Shown one piece after another: positions 13,230 through 26,300 of a DNA stretch of 64,000 bases (the stretch's first letter is position 1; each line of letters starts with the position of its first letter). The stretch is from Ptychomitrium polyphyllum (Eukaryota). The stretch is from contig OZ316775.1 in NCBI GenBank assembly GCA_973851085.1, forward strand, positions 20,150,001 to 20,214,000. Direction: 5' to 3'. The translations under genes were made by a program, and so were the position numbers. The notes below the pieces were generated by a model. That model worked only from the letters and a program-made list of their open reading frames with translations, was not told the origin of the DNA and did not search any database.

Positions 13230-15003
13230 TCATAACATTAAGCAAAGGCTAGCATTGTAAACTAAGAGCGCTGTTGTGACTCTGTCAGAGCCCAATTGGT
13301 TGTTGAAATTGTCCGTTTGGCATGGAATTCTTGATCGGAAATGACGTGAAGCACATTTGGGTTCGTCCATCATCAACACGAACCTTAGTAGCTCATCCGC
13401 TGCAAAGTTCCGACTGTGTGAAGCTTCTACGACGTTTCTACGAAGCGCCACAATAGTATCCAAGTCTCATCTCTCCAACTCAAGCCTAATGCAGGTCCGG
13501 AAACTTTCCCACAGTAGCTCATTCGCTTTATTCTCTGACCCGCATCAGCTGTCAGATAATGTATGTGCGGAGTGTTATGACTCGGTACAAGGGACTGGTG
13601 AGTAGAGTAAATCAGCGACGTATGTGGCCGTATGACTTGCTTGTCCGGAACTCACAGCACACGTCAGTTTCATGAATTCCCTTTGGAAAGTTTTTGTGCG
13701 TGAAGACTGTAGAAGCACTTTTTGGCAAGTTTGACCTCTTGCCTGTCCGGATATTATTGGTATTTCTAGCAAGGAAATAATAGTACAATTTCCTGCATAA
13801 ATGGAGATTTAGTCCAGGTGAGAGCTGTGAGTAGTCAGGAGACTATTCGGCCATTATGCTGCAGTTACAACGTATTTGAAAGGCTTGTCATTACATAACA
13901 ATTCATTCAGTAGAGCAAATTCCTTGACAAAAGTTTCGGAGAAGCACGTTCTAAACGAAGGCACAGTGAGGTCATGTGCGCAGTCACAAAGTATAGAGCA
14001 GTGCGTACGGCGGCGCTGAATGTGACTCCACTCTATTTGCTCGCAGGACCTGCTTCAAGTTCTGATTACCAACCCAAGTAACGAAAGGGATTGACTTTCT
14101 TCCCCTACACGAAACGCACTCTGATACTTCCCACACCTAATTGTCATCCAAAGGAGTCCCCCTCATCATCGTTGTTCCGCTTCTTTTGCTTCCATAAATT
14201 AAACAATAGAAAATCCCATCCATGTCCACTGTAAAAGCCGTGATCCCCACTCTGGAGTAGAAGGTTCCGATACGATTGTCTGCATTTCTAACGATTGAAG
14301 AGTAGCTTTACCATGATACTAGACTGCTTCCATTCCACTACGTATATGACCTACATGGATTCGAAACTTGCAGCTCAAGGTTTGGGTCTGCCAGATACAA
14401 ATATCCCATGAATCAAGGTGGAAGAGGAGGAGGTTCTGGCACTAGTGTTCTTTGCTGTGGAGACGACATATCGTTGGTGGGGTGGTGGAGGTTTGTAGGG
14501 AGGGAAGTTGAACGAGATCATTTCGTGCACTTGGAGGAACTTGTCCGAGCTCAGATTGGAATCCTTTCGCAGGATCTGCTGGATGTGGCTGCGATTTTCC
14601 AATCTGGAACGAGACGCATCTGCTTTCAGATCTTTGGCGTGCGACAAGCTCAGGCCCTCCTGCTCAAGACGCTGTCTCCCACGAAGTCGAGATCGAGGCC
14701 ACAGCTTCGGGTGAGTAACTTTCCATCCCATACCACTAGGTCGGTAAACAGGAGATGCGCGACCCGCATCTCCCGGAGTTCCCATCTGGGTCCGAAACTC
14801 TACGCTCTGGCCGAGTGTGTACCGGAGCGCAGTGCACCCTGTGGAACAGAGAGGAAGATCGGAATGTCGACCACATCAGGGCGGAATACCAGCTGGTAGA
14901 CAAGTTGGAGTGCAAAGGCGTTTGCACGAACATCCGTCGAAGCGTCGGAGTTCCATTTACAGAACTCCTCACAGATCTGGTAGATCCCAGAGAAGGCAGC
15001 TGA
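13230..15003. pseudogene. Possible decayed coding sequence of unknown family
   Basis: Coding-like composition with short stop-interrupted frames (minus 13230-13772; several overlapping frames 14375-15003) and an AG...GTGAGT exon-like unit at ~14499-14710. No recognisable domain. Confidence 0.2.
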
Positions 15004-15266
15004 TATGATGCTGATTACCTCACCAGATACGTCACAACAAGTCCATCCTGTAGTGAAGCCCAGTTCTTGCATTCTGCATCGCCATAGCTAGCTTGTAGCA
15101 CCGCCTCGTAATGCAAACGAGATTCGATTCCAGTGAATGGGTGTGGTCATAGCTAGTTGTGTCGCTTCCGAACATAATCCAATGCCAATGCAGGTAACCT
15201 GGAGGAACCCGGGGAGCGAAGCACAGTCTAGCGGAGAGTAACGTCAGTACTTGGGCAACAGGCTCG

Positions 15267-16460
15267 ATGGCAGCTACACCGCGCATTGCCATCGTCGGCG
15301 GCGGTCCAGCAGGGCTCACATGTGCGCGCATCCTCCAGCTTCACGGCCTGCACGCCACCATCTACGAGTACGAAACATCGGCGGAATCGCGGTCGCAGGG
15401 TGGATCCCTGGACCTTCACGCCGACTCAGGGATGCTGGCAATGATTGCGGCCGGTCTGGAAGAACAGTTCAATGCGAAAGCGAGGCCGGAGGGGGATCAG
15501 GTTCGTATTCTGGACAAGGATGGACATGTGTTTCTCGACATCCAACCGGACCATAAGGAAGAGGGCGTGGAGCAGCGGCCGGAGATTGATAGGTCGCAGC
15601 TCCGGGAGATCTTCGTGGAATCGCTGGACGAAGGGACGATCCAGTGGGGCAGGAAGCTTGTGAAGGTGGACGCAGATTCCGGGAAGCGCACGCTGGTCTT
15701 CGAGGATGGAGAGAGGGAGGAAGCGGATGTAGTCATTGGAGCAGACGGTGCGTGGTCCAAGGTGCGACCGCTCCTCTCCGACATGGCCCCCGCGTATGCT
15801 GGCGTTACCTTCGTCGATTGCGTCATTGAAAACGTAGACGACCGTTTTCCGAAGCTGGCTGCGCTTTGTGGGCATGGCCTCTGCCTTATGCTATCTCCAG
15901 AGAGAGGGATCATCGTGCAGCGCAATGCAAACGGGAGAATTTGGGTCTACGTTGTGGTGAACGTGGAGGAAGGGTGGGCGAAAGAGGAATTTGCTGAAGC
16001 TGCCCGTGGCGGACCCGAGAGCACGCGGCGGTTGTTGTTGAGCTTCTTCGAGGGGTGGAATCCGGAGCTTCTCGACTTCATCCACCACTGCGATAACGAT
16101 CCCATGTGGGCGCGCCCAATCTATGCACTGCCAGTCGACCATAGCTGGGGCCCTAGACGAGGCGTTACTCTGGTGGGTGATGCCGCCCATGTCATGTCCC
16201 CTTTCGCTGGCGAAGGAGTTAACATCGCTATGCTTGACGCGCTGCAACTCGCCAAGGCGCTTGCAGAAGCATGGAAAGAAAATGCATCGGTTGAGTCCCT
16301 CTGTGACGCCGTTCCTGCATTCGAACAAACCATGTTCAAGCGCGCACAGAAGTTCTGTAGCTTTTCTGCCGAAAACCAGATTCTTGCGTTCAATGAGAGA
16401 GCACCGCACGATTATATGGAGATGATGACAAGGCGACTTACGCAACACAAAAGCATCTAG
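15267..16460 (+). CDS. Intronless FAD-dependent monooxygenase, TetX (tetracycline-destructase)-like family, 397 aa
   Basis: Intact single ORF with IAIVGGGPAGL (FAD GxGxxG), RSQGGSLDLH, RPEIDRSQLR, VIGADGAWSKVR (DG motif) and VTLVGDAAHVMSPFAGEGVNIAMLDA (GD motif). Motif order and length parallel bacterial TetX (GGTLDLH, PEINR, GDAAHLMPPFAGQGVN). Confidence 0.92.
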   Translation: MAATPRIAIVGGGPAGLTCARILQLHGLHATIYEYETSAESRSQGGSLDLHADSGMLAMIAAGLEEQFNAKARPEGDQVRILDKDGHVFLDIQPDHKEEGVEQRPEIDRSQLREIFVESLDEGTIQWGRKLVKVDADSGKRTLVFEDGEREEADVVIGADGAWSKVRPLLSDMAPAYAGVTFVDCVIENVDDRFPKLAALCGHGLCLMLSPERGIIVQRNANGRIWVYVVVNVEEGWAKEEFAEAARGGPESTRRLLLSFFEGWNPELLDFIHHCDNDPMWARPIYALPVDHSWGPRRGVTLVGDAAHVMSPFAGEGVNIAMLDALQLAKALAEAWKENASVESLCDAVPAFEQTMFKRAQKFCSFSAENQILAFNERAPHDYMEMMTRRLTQHKSI

Positions 16461-16899
16461 TAAATCAAGGAACTTGAACACTAACGAGATCCTAAAAAGT
16501 TCATTGTATATAAAGGAATATATAAAGGAAGGAGGGATTTTTCTTATTCATCCAATACTATTAAATGCAAATTGTAACAAACATGTATTTTGTAGAAGTC
16601 AAAATTAAGAATCTATAGTTCACCACTTCTTTTCATATATTTTAATAAACCATAGTAGTTATCATTCTTTACATGTATTATTTTATTTGTACATACTATT
16701 CTAAGAAGCCTTCAAAATACTCTCATACTTTCATAATTCTTATACTTAGTGAATAACTATGCATATATTCCAATGGTTTCCAAAGCAAGCATAGAGCATT
16801 ATAGTAGCATAATAGGAACTAATGCTTTATCAAGACATGTGATTGTTTTTTGTTTTGTATCTTGTATTATGGAGAGATGAGAGTGGAAATGAGCATGTT

Positions 16900-18550
16900 G
16901 CTTTGTTAACATTGAAATTGTGTTTTTTGTGCAATACTCTTATACAGTAGGCATTTACAACTTTGTTTTTGTGCTCCTAGTCCTCAATACAATTACTAAT
17001 GATTTTGGAATCCAAATGCAACCTGTGTGTGATCAATTTGGCTTTCACATTTGAGTCAAATGATTGGCATATCAATTGCTCATTGCATTGATCCATCTTT
17101 GAGGCCTTTTGATAACGTTTGCTAATACCACAAACCTAAAAATCCTCCATCCATCCTTGTTACCTTTTGAATTTCTTAAAATCTTAGCCATCCAAAATAC
17201 TTCATTTATTGGATGCGTTGTTGGTAGAGCCTGTACTTCAATAAAGTCTGCGACAAGCACATTCAAATGGAGATCAAATTCAATCTAAATTCAACCTACA
17301 GTTGTTAATGTATGGATCCTTGGTTCATTCCTTTATTAGCAACTATTAGGTCCTTAGAGGTTGTGGAGCTTTTTCATGTGACCCAAGATATATATAGTGT
17401 TCTACTACGGAAAAATAAAATAGTATTCCAAGAAAGTTTGCTTTTGATTGTTCTACATTTTGTTTTCTACTACTACTTTCATAAAAAGAGGACTATTCTT
17501 CTAAAACAATGACATGGAATGAAGTTCCTTCCTATCCTTTAAAAGAAACTCTTCCAAGTATCAAATGAATATTTTGGTCTTCACAATGATAATTTGATAG
17601 TGTTGTAGCTATGTCTCCAGTGTAATTAAACTTGTATGTCTTTCCAATTGACATTCTCACTAGCAGTACCAATGCACAAGGTGGTAGATTGGACCAGAGT
17701 TGTTCAAGAAGCCTTAAGAAAATAACAAGGATTTATTGCAAGTGCAAAAAAACCACATGTTCATGCAAATGACAGATGTGTTCTAGGTGGGCTATATAGC
17801 CATGAAAATATTAAATGACGGCTTTGACAAAGATTTTTTGTGGACACATTCATTCAAGCTTATTTCAAGTGTAAGCTCTAAAGACTATGCCATGAAAATC
17901 CTATAAAATGCCTTTATAAGCAAAGGTGGTTGAGGAACTCATTGCACTACCATTCAATTTCCTCCTTCCAAATATGTGTTATCATATGGAAAAATAAGAT
18001 ATATTGCAATTTTATAAGGTTATGGTCTATAGATGAAATAGAGCCAAAGGAACAAGCATAGAAGATCAGCAATAATTGCTTGTTGTAATGATTGAACATA
18101 TGAATATGAATATAAATGATTGTGTTTAGTTCTAGATGTTGAAGTCCCTATTTTGCATGAATGAATGTGGATAAGGCCATTGGTGGAATGTTGGTTTCAA
18201 AGTGCAATAGTTTTTACTATATGTCATCATTTACATACAAAGAATGCCTTTATTATTGAAATTTGAGGCCACTTTTTACCTATATTTAAACAGCCTTAAT
18301 TCCCATGCATATGCAATTGGAAACTTGAAGTTGCTAGACACTTGTAGTTGTACCAATCATTTGGTCAACATCAGGTTTAACTTGATAACAAAGTTCGGTA
18401 AATGGACCATCATGATGGATATGATGGTTATAATAAACATTGGATTTGAGAACCTTGCTTAGTAATGTGTAAGTGTAAGTTTGAGGTCCACCTAATAATC
18501 TACAAGTACAAATTAACATTCTTTATTCTTGCAAGGTCAGAGTCCCTGCC
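16900..18550 (-). mobile_element. Heavily decayed transposon-like remnant (tentative)
   Basis: AT-rich DNA with stop-riddled minus-strand fragments (EVFWMAKIL, DVDQMIG) loosely reminiscent of DNA-transposase motifs. No termini identified. Confidence 0.25.
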
Positions 18551-20307
18551 ATTTAGATTCCAAGTTTTAAATCTTTGTCATTTTTATTGGAATTTTAGAA
18601 TCCTTACTGTTGTTGTAATATAATTAAATATATAATTTAAAATTTAATTAATATTTGTTCTTTTGTAAATTTTAAATTATTATATTTGAAATGGAATATT
18701 AGAAAAAAGAAGTAGTTGAATAAAAGGTCATGATAAAACTACAAATTTAATTATTTTAGGAGTGAAATTATATTTTGTTTTAACACAAAACCAATTGAAT
18801 GTAGTATCCTCTTGCTTGCCATTTTTGTGAGGAACTTTAAATTAAAGCCGGCATTCAACTCAACAAACTTTACAAAATTAAAACTCAGATTAGTTCAATA
18901 GCTAGAATTTATCCAATCAACTAAGTTTATGACTTAGTGTCTAATTTTGCCTTAACAATGACATTATTTTTAATTTGTTTCTTGTTAAATTCTAATTTTT
19001 TTTCCTATTAACTTTTTTAATTTTAGTTTTTTTTTTTCTATTATGGATTTGTGAAGGTTGATTTTGTCTTTCTTTGTAATTTGAATCTAGAAGTTTCAAC
19101 TAAAATAAAAAATAAAAAAAATAAAAAGACAAATTTAGATTGTTTTTAATTACAAATTTACATAGATTAAGAAGCGCACACACAAGATTAGTATGATAAA
19201 CAAAACAATACGTGGAGTCCCCTGACAAGCTCCACACTACCTCTAATAAGTTACCAAGTTTCAAAAACTTTACCTCCTCTCAATGAAAAGCTAGAACCGG
19301 CAGTTAGTTACATGCTAGTTGCATGAAATGACAAATTTCTCAATAGTTTGGAATTCTATAAAAAAAAGTCCAGACAAAATTAAAAGAATATACATTTGAG
19401 ATGAGGACTAGATAGAATAACCAACAATCGTATTGATGGATAACCGGTTGGTTATGGCTAAAAAAAGTTCCTGACCAAATTTTTCAAATTTTTTGACGTA
19501 CTCTGCCTCCTCTCCACCAGTAGCTTGGAACTTAGATGCACGACAATAAAATTGAATTTGTTCCTAATGCCTGCATCACTATAAATATAGAAAATCAGAA
19601 TCACTGTGTGCACCACGGAGCAAATAACCATGATCTTAAAATTCAAAAAATCTTATCACTGCAGTCTGAAGAAATAAACTTGGCATACTTTTAATGATTG
19701 TACCATTCGTGAAAAGTAAGTCTAAAACACTCAATAAATCAAAACCTCAGACAACATACAGCATTAGAAATGTCCCACCTACTCATGACTGAAAAGATCG
19801 CTGAATCTCCAGAACGCTCATCACCGCCCATATAAAACCATTCGCCGAAACTGTCATGACTCGTCCCGTAACTGGACTAGCCCAACTTAGAAGAGACTAA
19901 ATACAATATCCCAATTGCCACACAAAATCACATCCAACAAGAACGATAAAAACAATATAGTAACAACGCGGTCCAAACCGTCCCTACAGTAATATTCGTT
20001 CAAATAAGTACAGTACATATTTCTAGAGGTAGATTGAATACATCTAGAATCCTGCCAAGCACAAGCTCTAAGGCCAGTGGTAGCCAGAATCCGTAATGCA
20101 ATACTGACCGGTCAATCGATCTGTCTATATCTTTGTTCCCCTATGACATTCCTCTTCAAGACAATTTGCCTCCATACTCACAGAGCAATGTCAAAGGGAG
20201 CAATGTCAAAGGAACAGGGGCCACCGTTTCACTCTATCCAAACGACGTACTCTATGGAAAAAACTCAATTTGAGGGCTAATGACTATGTACCGAAGAATA
20301 TACTTCA

Positions 20308-23300
20308 CTAGTACGACACATAAAGAACTGGAACAAGACCCTGTGTCTTCCCGTCACGCCCAGGCCTTTTCTTCCTAACCTGCAGCAAGCCAAGCTAGGC
20401 TGTTAGTCAAGGTTCGAGTGCGTTCAAAATCAACATGCTTTACTCCCATCCAATGCTTTGGCGTGATGAACATAGGACAGGTCAAACGCATATTTCACAC
20501 GCTGTCTCTCGCTTCAAAAGATCATCAATAACTGAGATTTCGGTAGACAGATAACGTCGGTTACTAAAGATCAATTGATGACAGTGAAACCTATGCAGAC
20601 TTCCCAAATGCTGTCAGATATATCCCCGAGGGATCAGACTACGTTGATCTGCACACTATCATAGGGTAAGCAACGAACCGAGAACCACCCGTCCACTTCG
20701 TATTCAATCTCGAGTTCCTCCCCTGCTGTCAGATTGAGCTGCAACCACAAAGACCGAACAAAATCCATGAACATACAATTCGAGAACCCAGCAAAAAAAT
20801 TCTGTGTTCTAGATCAACAGATACACAGATAGTGCCTCAATCTGTGTACCTGATGATTATACCATCAAATCTGAGCACGTCTCTGCCTTACCACGAATAC
20901 ATCAAAAGACGTATCAGGGCCACTACTCTCAAGATTCCATGCGTGACAGTTTCTTGTCCAGATTCATCAGTTGATCATAAATAAGAGCACAAGAAAGAGC
21001 CAAGTTGGAAAACGTTGTACCTCCTCATCACCACCAGCAGTAAAATCATATAGTGCTTTGCCGAATTGGGGTTCTTGACGATCATCACTGCCAGCATCAA
21101 CACTCATTCGAGGAGAGTCCCGAGTAGTGCTATCAGAGTTCATTGAATCATTTCTTGCTGAAGTACCAAACTTCCGTCCAGATGTCTGATCATATATGTC
21201 AAAAGCTCTCCGTCAGCAGAACAGAAAAGTCCAGGGTCGACCTGGAAACCAGGTCCAGAGACCGTGATACGCAAATTGGCGAGAGTAAAAGTTGGCAATG
21301 TGCAATTCTCTAATGGACTTCTATGGAAGTGGGGAATAGGCCATTCGGCAACAGCCAGAACTCTGGTATCGTCCATAATCCTCTCAATCTAAGCCAACAA
21401 TAGCTCAACATCAAGATCATTCAAACTCCCAACCCAACATCCTTTCTACTACGGTGCAAATAGAATCTATATAGCACCTCAAATAAAGGTAGGAAAAAGC
21501 GGGCGGCGAGGACAGTAAACTGTGAGCACAACACAAACAACCTAATAGCCAGAGAAAAAGATCATTCTACCTTTGGCGATTCTGATTTTGTCGACATGTC
21601 CCTCATGCCAGGAGTGGCTAAGGACGAGTGTCTGTAGGTCTTGGGCTCATCCTCCTACAAGAGAAACAGAACACAGTGTGTGAGTTCGATTATTTGAGAG
21701 GCTACTGTTTCGAAGACTGTTGAAGATCCAAAATTCAACCGTGCAAAGCGTCCGGCGACTTTTCTATGAACGATGCTCAGATTCTGAGAAGTTTGAAAAC
21801 AAAAGGTACTGAAAACAACTCTCACCATAGAGTCCCAGTCGATCACACTACATTTAGAGAACCAGGCAAACCAGACAAGTTCATGGCTAGTTCAAGACGT
21901 CTCAAAATTACACAACATTCAAGCAATATGAGAGTGAATAAAATGTGAGCTGTAGTTTAAGTAAAGATGTCAAAATCGCATACCCGACGTGAAGCATGCC
22001 CCCCTGTAAATAATCCTCCAGGAAAGCGAGTGCTGCCATGGCCTGATGATGCAGCTGAATCTGGTGATGATAAGCCAGATGATCCCCCTTCGTCATCCTG
22101 CAGAACACACAAGTGCTCTCATCAGTAAAAGGTGGCCATTACAGATGACGCCAACATAACATCTAAAATTGATACGACTTCAACACCATAAAAGGCATAC
22201 ACGACCAATGTTTTGGAGAGGAAAATAAACAAACTCAGTAAAGTCATAATTACCGAGCTATCAGAACCATCCAAAAGTGTCTTTGCCCACATATCATCGT
22301 AGGAAACAGAAGGTCGAGTTTCCTCTTCTTCTTCTGCATCTTCTTCCGGAGCATCGGTGCCTCCACCTTTCATGAAGGCATTTACCTACACTCATAACCC
22401 AATTAAACGATTGAAAATCATTAATTGAGACGCTACACCAGAAAATAATATGGAGTTGTGGAACACATTATCAGACGATGCCCCGATCCTTAAAAAACGT
22501 AGTAACATGAGATACACTTGAGAATGTAATGACCAAACAAACAGAACCAAATTCTGAATGACAGCATCGACCAGAACTTCAGAACAACTAATCCACAGAA
22601 AAAGCCTCTGATTATGCTGCCAAGTGTAAACTCAAGAATCGCCTAGCAAACGCTCCAGAATGTAGAAGCCAGTGTAAAGGAAAAATTCTGGAAGTACAAT
22701 CGTACCCTCTCCACACCAGGTTGATTGTTCCCCCACTCTGAGGCCACATTCCCCTCATCGCCAGTATCCATACTGACGGGAGGGTATTCTACACCGCGGC
22801 CACCTCTAGCTCCATTGTCAAGCAGATCGGATATTCCAGTAGCTACGGCGGGGTCATTGTAACCAGCAGATGCGTCAATCCGGTGCTCATTGCGGTACAG
22901 ATTGATTAGCTTCGCGCTGCAACGATACAGCCATATGGTATTCGTATAAGAAAACACAACCATGAACGTCAACTTATCACCATTCCTCCTTACCATAGAA
23001 GGCCTCACATCTGCCAACTCAGAAATTGCCTCAATACCCCTTTCTTTCCTACAAGAATTGCAAGATGGCAAAAACTCTGAAGAGAGGCATGTGACAGCTA
23101 ATATACACCCACAAGCGTTGTGCACTCACAATTACTCGCGCAAACCAATAAAACTCTCGACTACACCTGCCTCTAATCAACACTACCACCGCTCTCTTGA
23201 GCCTTACAGATCACCAAGCTGAACCTCAAACAAACCATCGAACTATACAAGGATGCCACGCAATATCTGATTGTTCATTACCTGGTGGGTCCGAGGGGAA

Positions 23301-26300
23301 GATACTTGGAGCGAGGAACAAAACAATACAGTGACACAAGATCCAACAATCTCTCGTGAGTATCATACAGTCTCTTTAAGTCATCGTCGGTCCATTCTAG
23401 TTTGGCGTTGTCATGTTGCCTCATGTCCCTGCGTCAAAGTACAACAACCTCATACTTTCAACTAATGAATGTGTGAACTGTATCATGCAGAGTGGGGATA
23501 GTGCTTAACCTATACTCAGCAGGTAAAATCAAACCATCACATTTCTCTTATTCGACGAGGACACCAAAAACAATCAATCGCCTCCTCATCAACAGCAGAA
23601 CTATTGGAAAGATACAGGATACGTACTTGACAAATTGATCTTGTCCCTTGTACATCTCATCCAAAACCCTCAACATTGGTGCAATGACGGAGCTGAGACC
23701 AGTCCCACTTGCTCCTTGATCCTCTCCGTTGGTAGCTTCTGCACCTATCACTTTCTCTCTTGTTCGTCCCTGAGCAAGGGTATGCAAAAACTCGTAGATT
23801 TGAAGCCTATATGGCTCACCGGATCTGATTGCTACAGTCACAAGCGCTTGCGCTGCGATGATGCGCACCTGTCACATAAGGCCCTTGTAAGTAGCAATCT
23901 TAACCACTAAATGGACAAGGAACCCGCTGTAAAACACAAGGAAAATGAGTTAAACACACTATCTATACACAAAATGCCACATTATCTACCTCCCAGCTGC
24001 CACTAATAGCACAGCGTTGAAGACGTGTAACAGCTCCTGCAAGTGTTGGATTCCTGGAGCTTGCAGCAGCCACCATCTTATCACCGTCCAGCATCATAAG
24101 AGCTGTGCTAGGAGAAGTGGCCGACTCCCAAGCGTACTCCCCTGCTGCATAGTTTGCATTCTCGCCGAGAAACCACACCTGATCATTTCCATCAGTCAGC
24201 AAATAATGAAGCAAGTCTGTATCCCCAAAAGAGAAATCGCAGTGGGCCTTGGTGTCTGTTACTGGAATACCAAAGTCGAATACACAATCAACGTTTGCAC
24301 GATCCCTCCAGCTTCAAAGAAAACCTACGGTTTAGTAAGAGAAAAGAGACCCGTCGTTGTATGACGATAGCTACGCTTCATAAAATCTCGTTACATCATC
24401 GACATGCACTATAGAATACATAAACACAGCCTTTCAAATGTGGTTTGCTTTCTCAGTTATCGCCATGACGAAACCCATAATCCAGCCCAATCAAGCCTCA
24501 AGGGGGCATACACATACCGCAGCTTGCACGAGCCGTTGTAGAGCAATGGCCGATTTTGGATCTGCACGGTCTGTTGCTCTTCCTCCAACCATCTGTAGTG
24601 GTTGGGGTGGTGGCAGATCAAGCACAACCGTCACTGCCTCCAAAGCATTATGCTTTCCGTCGGCTCCTGACCCTACAAGGCATGTCTGTGCAAACATAGT
24701 TACACTGTTAGCTGGTGCACACACAAGTACCACTAATGTCAGGTGCAAGACTCCAGAACCAATCATCAGCTCTCACATGGGAATAAGCAGCTCAAGTACC
24801 TTCCATAGGAGTTGTAGCACGTCCGAGTCAATTTTTCCAGGAACCTTTGTGGCAAATAGCCTCGATATGTCCAGCAATATTACTGCCATCTCCGGGGTGG
24901 CCTGCAATGATGATGTTCAAGTTCAATCAAGACCAGAAACAATCAATAGTCTGGATGATGAATATGAACATAGTCTGCTGAGATCTTAAGATATCTGAAA
25001 CACAGAAAAGGGCACCTTCCGAGGGTCCGCAACAATAGAATTCCTCACTCCAGCTTCCCACCTTTTAAAGTGACTGCCAAGCGTCTAATGGGTAAGGATC
25101 TGCTTGGAACCCAAGAAGATGACAGGACTGCATTGTCAAATCTACCTGTTCCTTTCAGTCCTAAAGGAAAGCGCGTCTCGTCAGGGTAAGTACAGAAAGA
25201 TGCTCACCTTAAAACGTGCATGGAGAGTAAGCATTATATCATTCAGCAACGCTGCAGGCCAGCTAGGATCAGCCAATTCGCCAGTGATGATCGCCTTCAG
25301 CTCCTCGACGGGCTCATAAGGACTTTGCATCCAGATCAAGGCTTTGATGGCTGCAGCTCGGACGTACACACACTCACATGCCGTAGTGGTTCGAACGCCC
25401 TCGACAAGACTTGCAAGCATGCCTGCAATTGTTTCCTTTCCTGCTGCAGACATTGACACTGTCCTGCGATGACCTAAACAGACAACTAAAGAAATCAGCC
25501 TCCCCAAAGTTTTCACACAAACGAATCAACTGCAACAGAGCAGAAGAAACGTCAGTGTTCCCGGCATTCTGACTCCAGTCAAACATATTACCTGATTCAG
25601 TGTCTCCAGCTTCATCATCCCCCTTATTCATATCAGCGGTAGGATTTATCATAGATTCGTCTTGTTGAACCATGTCATCAACAGTATACCCACGAATAGC
25701 CACTGCAGACGCCCTACTCTTTCCGAGCTCCTGAACAATGCGCACAGCTCCATGTAGCACAGGTCTTGAAGAGCTCCTCAACGCAGACTCTAGTCTATGA
25801 ACCCCCAATGGCAAGGATATCAAAACACCGTTAACCTTTCGGTACATAGTACATCGTTATCAGTATTCTATATTTCAAAAAGTACTAACCAAGTCAAAGT
25901 CCAAAAACTGCAACTCCCAAGCTTCGTCACACAGTAAAAAATCAGTACAACGAAAACATGCCGACGAGAAAAAGGAACCCATTAATCCGTTATGCTAAGA
26001 GTTATGTACTGATTACAACCGAGTTGTTTGGGATTCTACATGAATGCTAATCTTACTACGCTAGATTACGACGTGAGTACTTCATCCTTTCGTGTATTCC
26101 ATACCCAACTCAGGACAACCAGCATAATGGGTTTCAACAATCAGCGCATATGATATGGATCCATCTCACCTTCGCATGACTAACTTAATGAGAGGTTGAG
26201 GCCTCCGCGGCCTCGGGGCCTGACGATCTTTTGGCCCTCTTGGTGGTATCCCCTCTTTCGAAGCGCCATCCTTTCCAGCTGCCCCACTGGCATCCTTGGC

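Noticed and set aside
15426..16481. Long antisense ORFs (149, 142 and 196 aa) over the monooxygenase
   Set aside because: Expected shadow frames of a GC-rich CDS with no motifs.
15000..16600. Monooxygenase as a bacterial contaminant or operon fragment
   Set aside because: No neighbouring intact prokaryotic genes or clear Shine-Dalgarno site, and it is contiguous with plant-type flanks. Not fully excludable without reads.
24438..24989. 183-aa plus-strand ORF
   Set aside because: Antisense shadow of a TASH3 exon.
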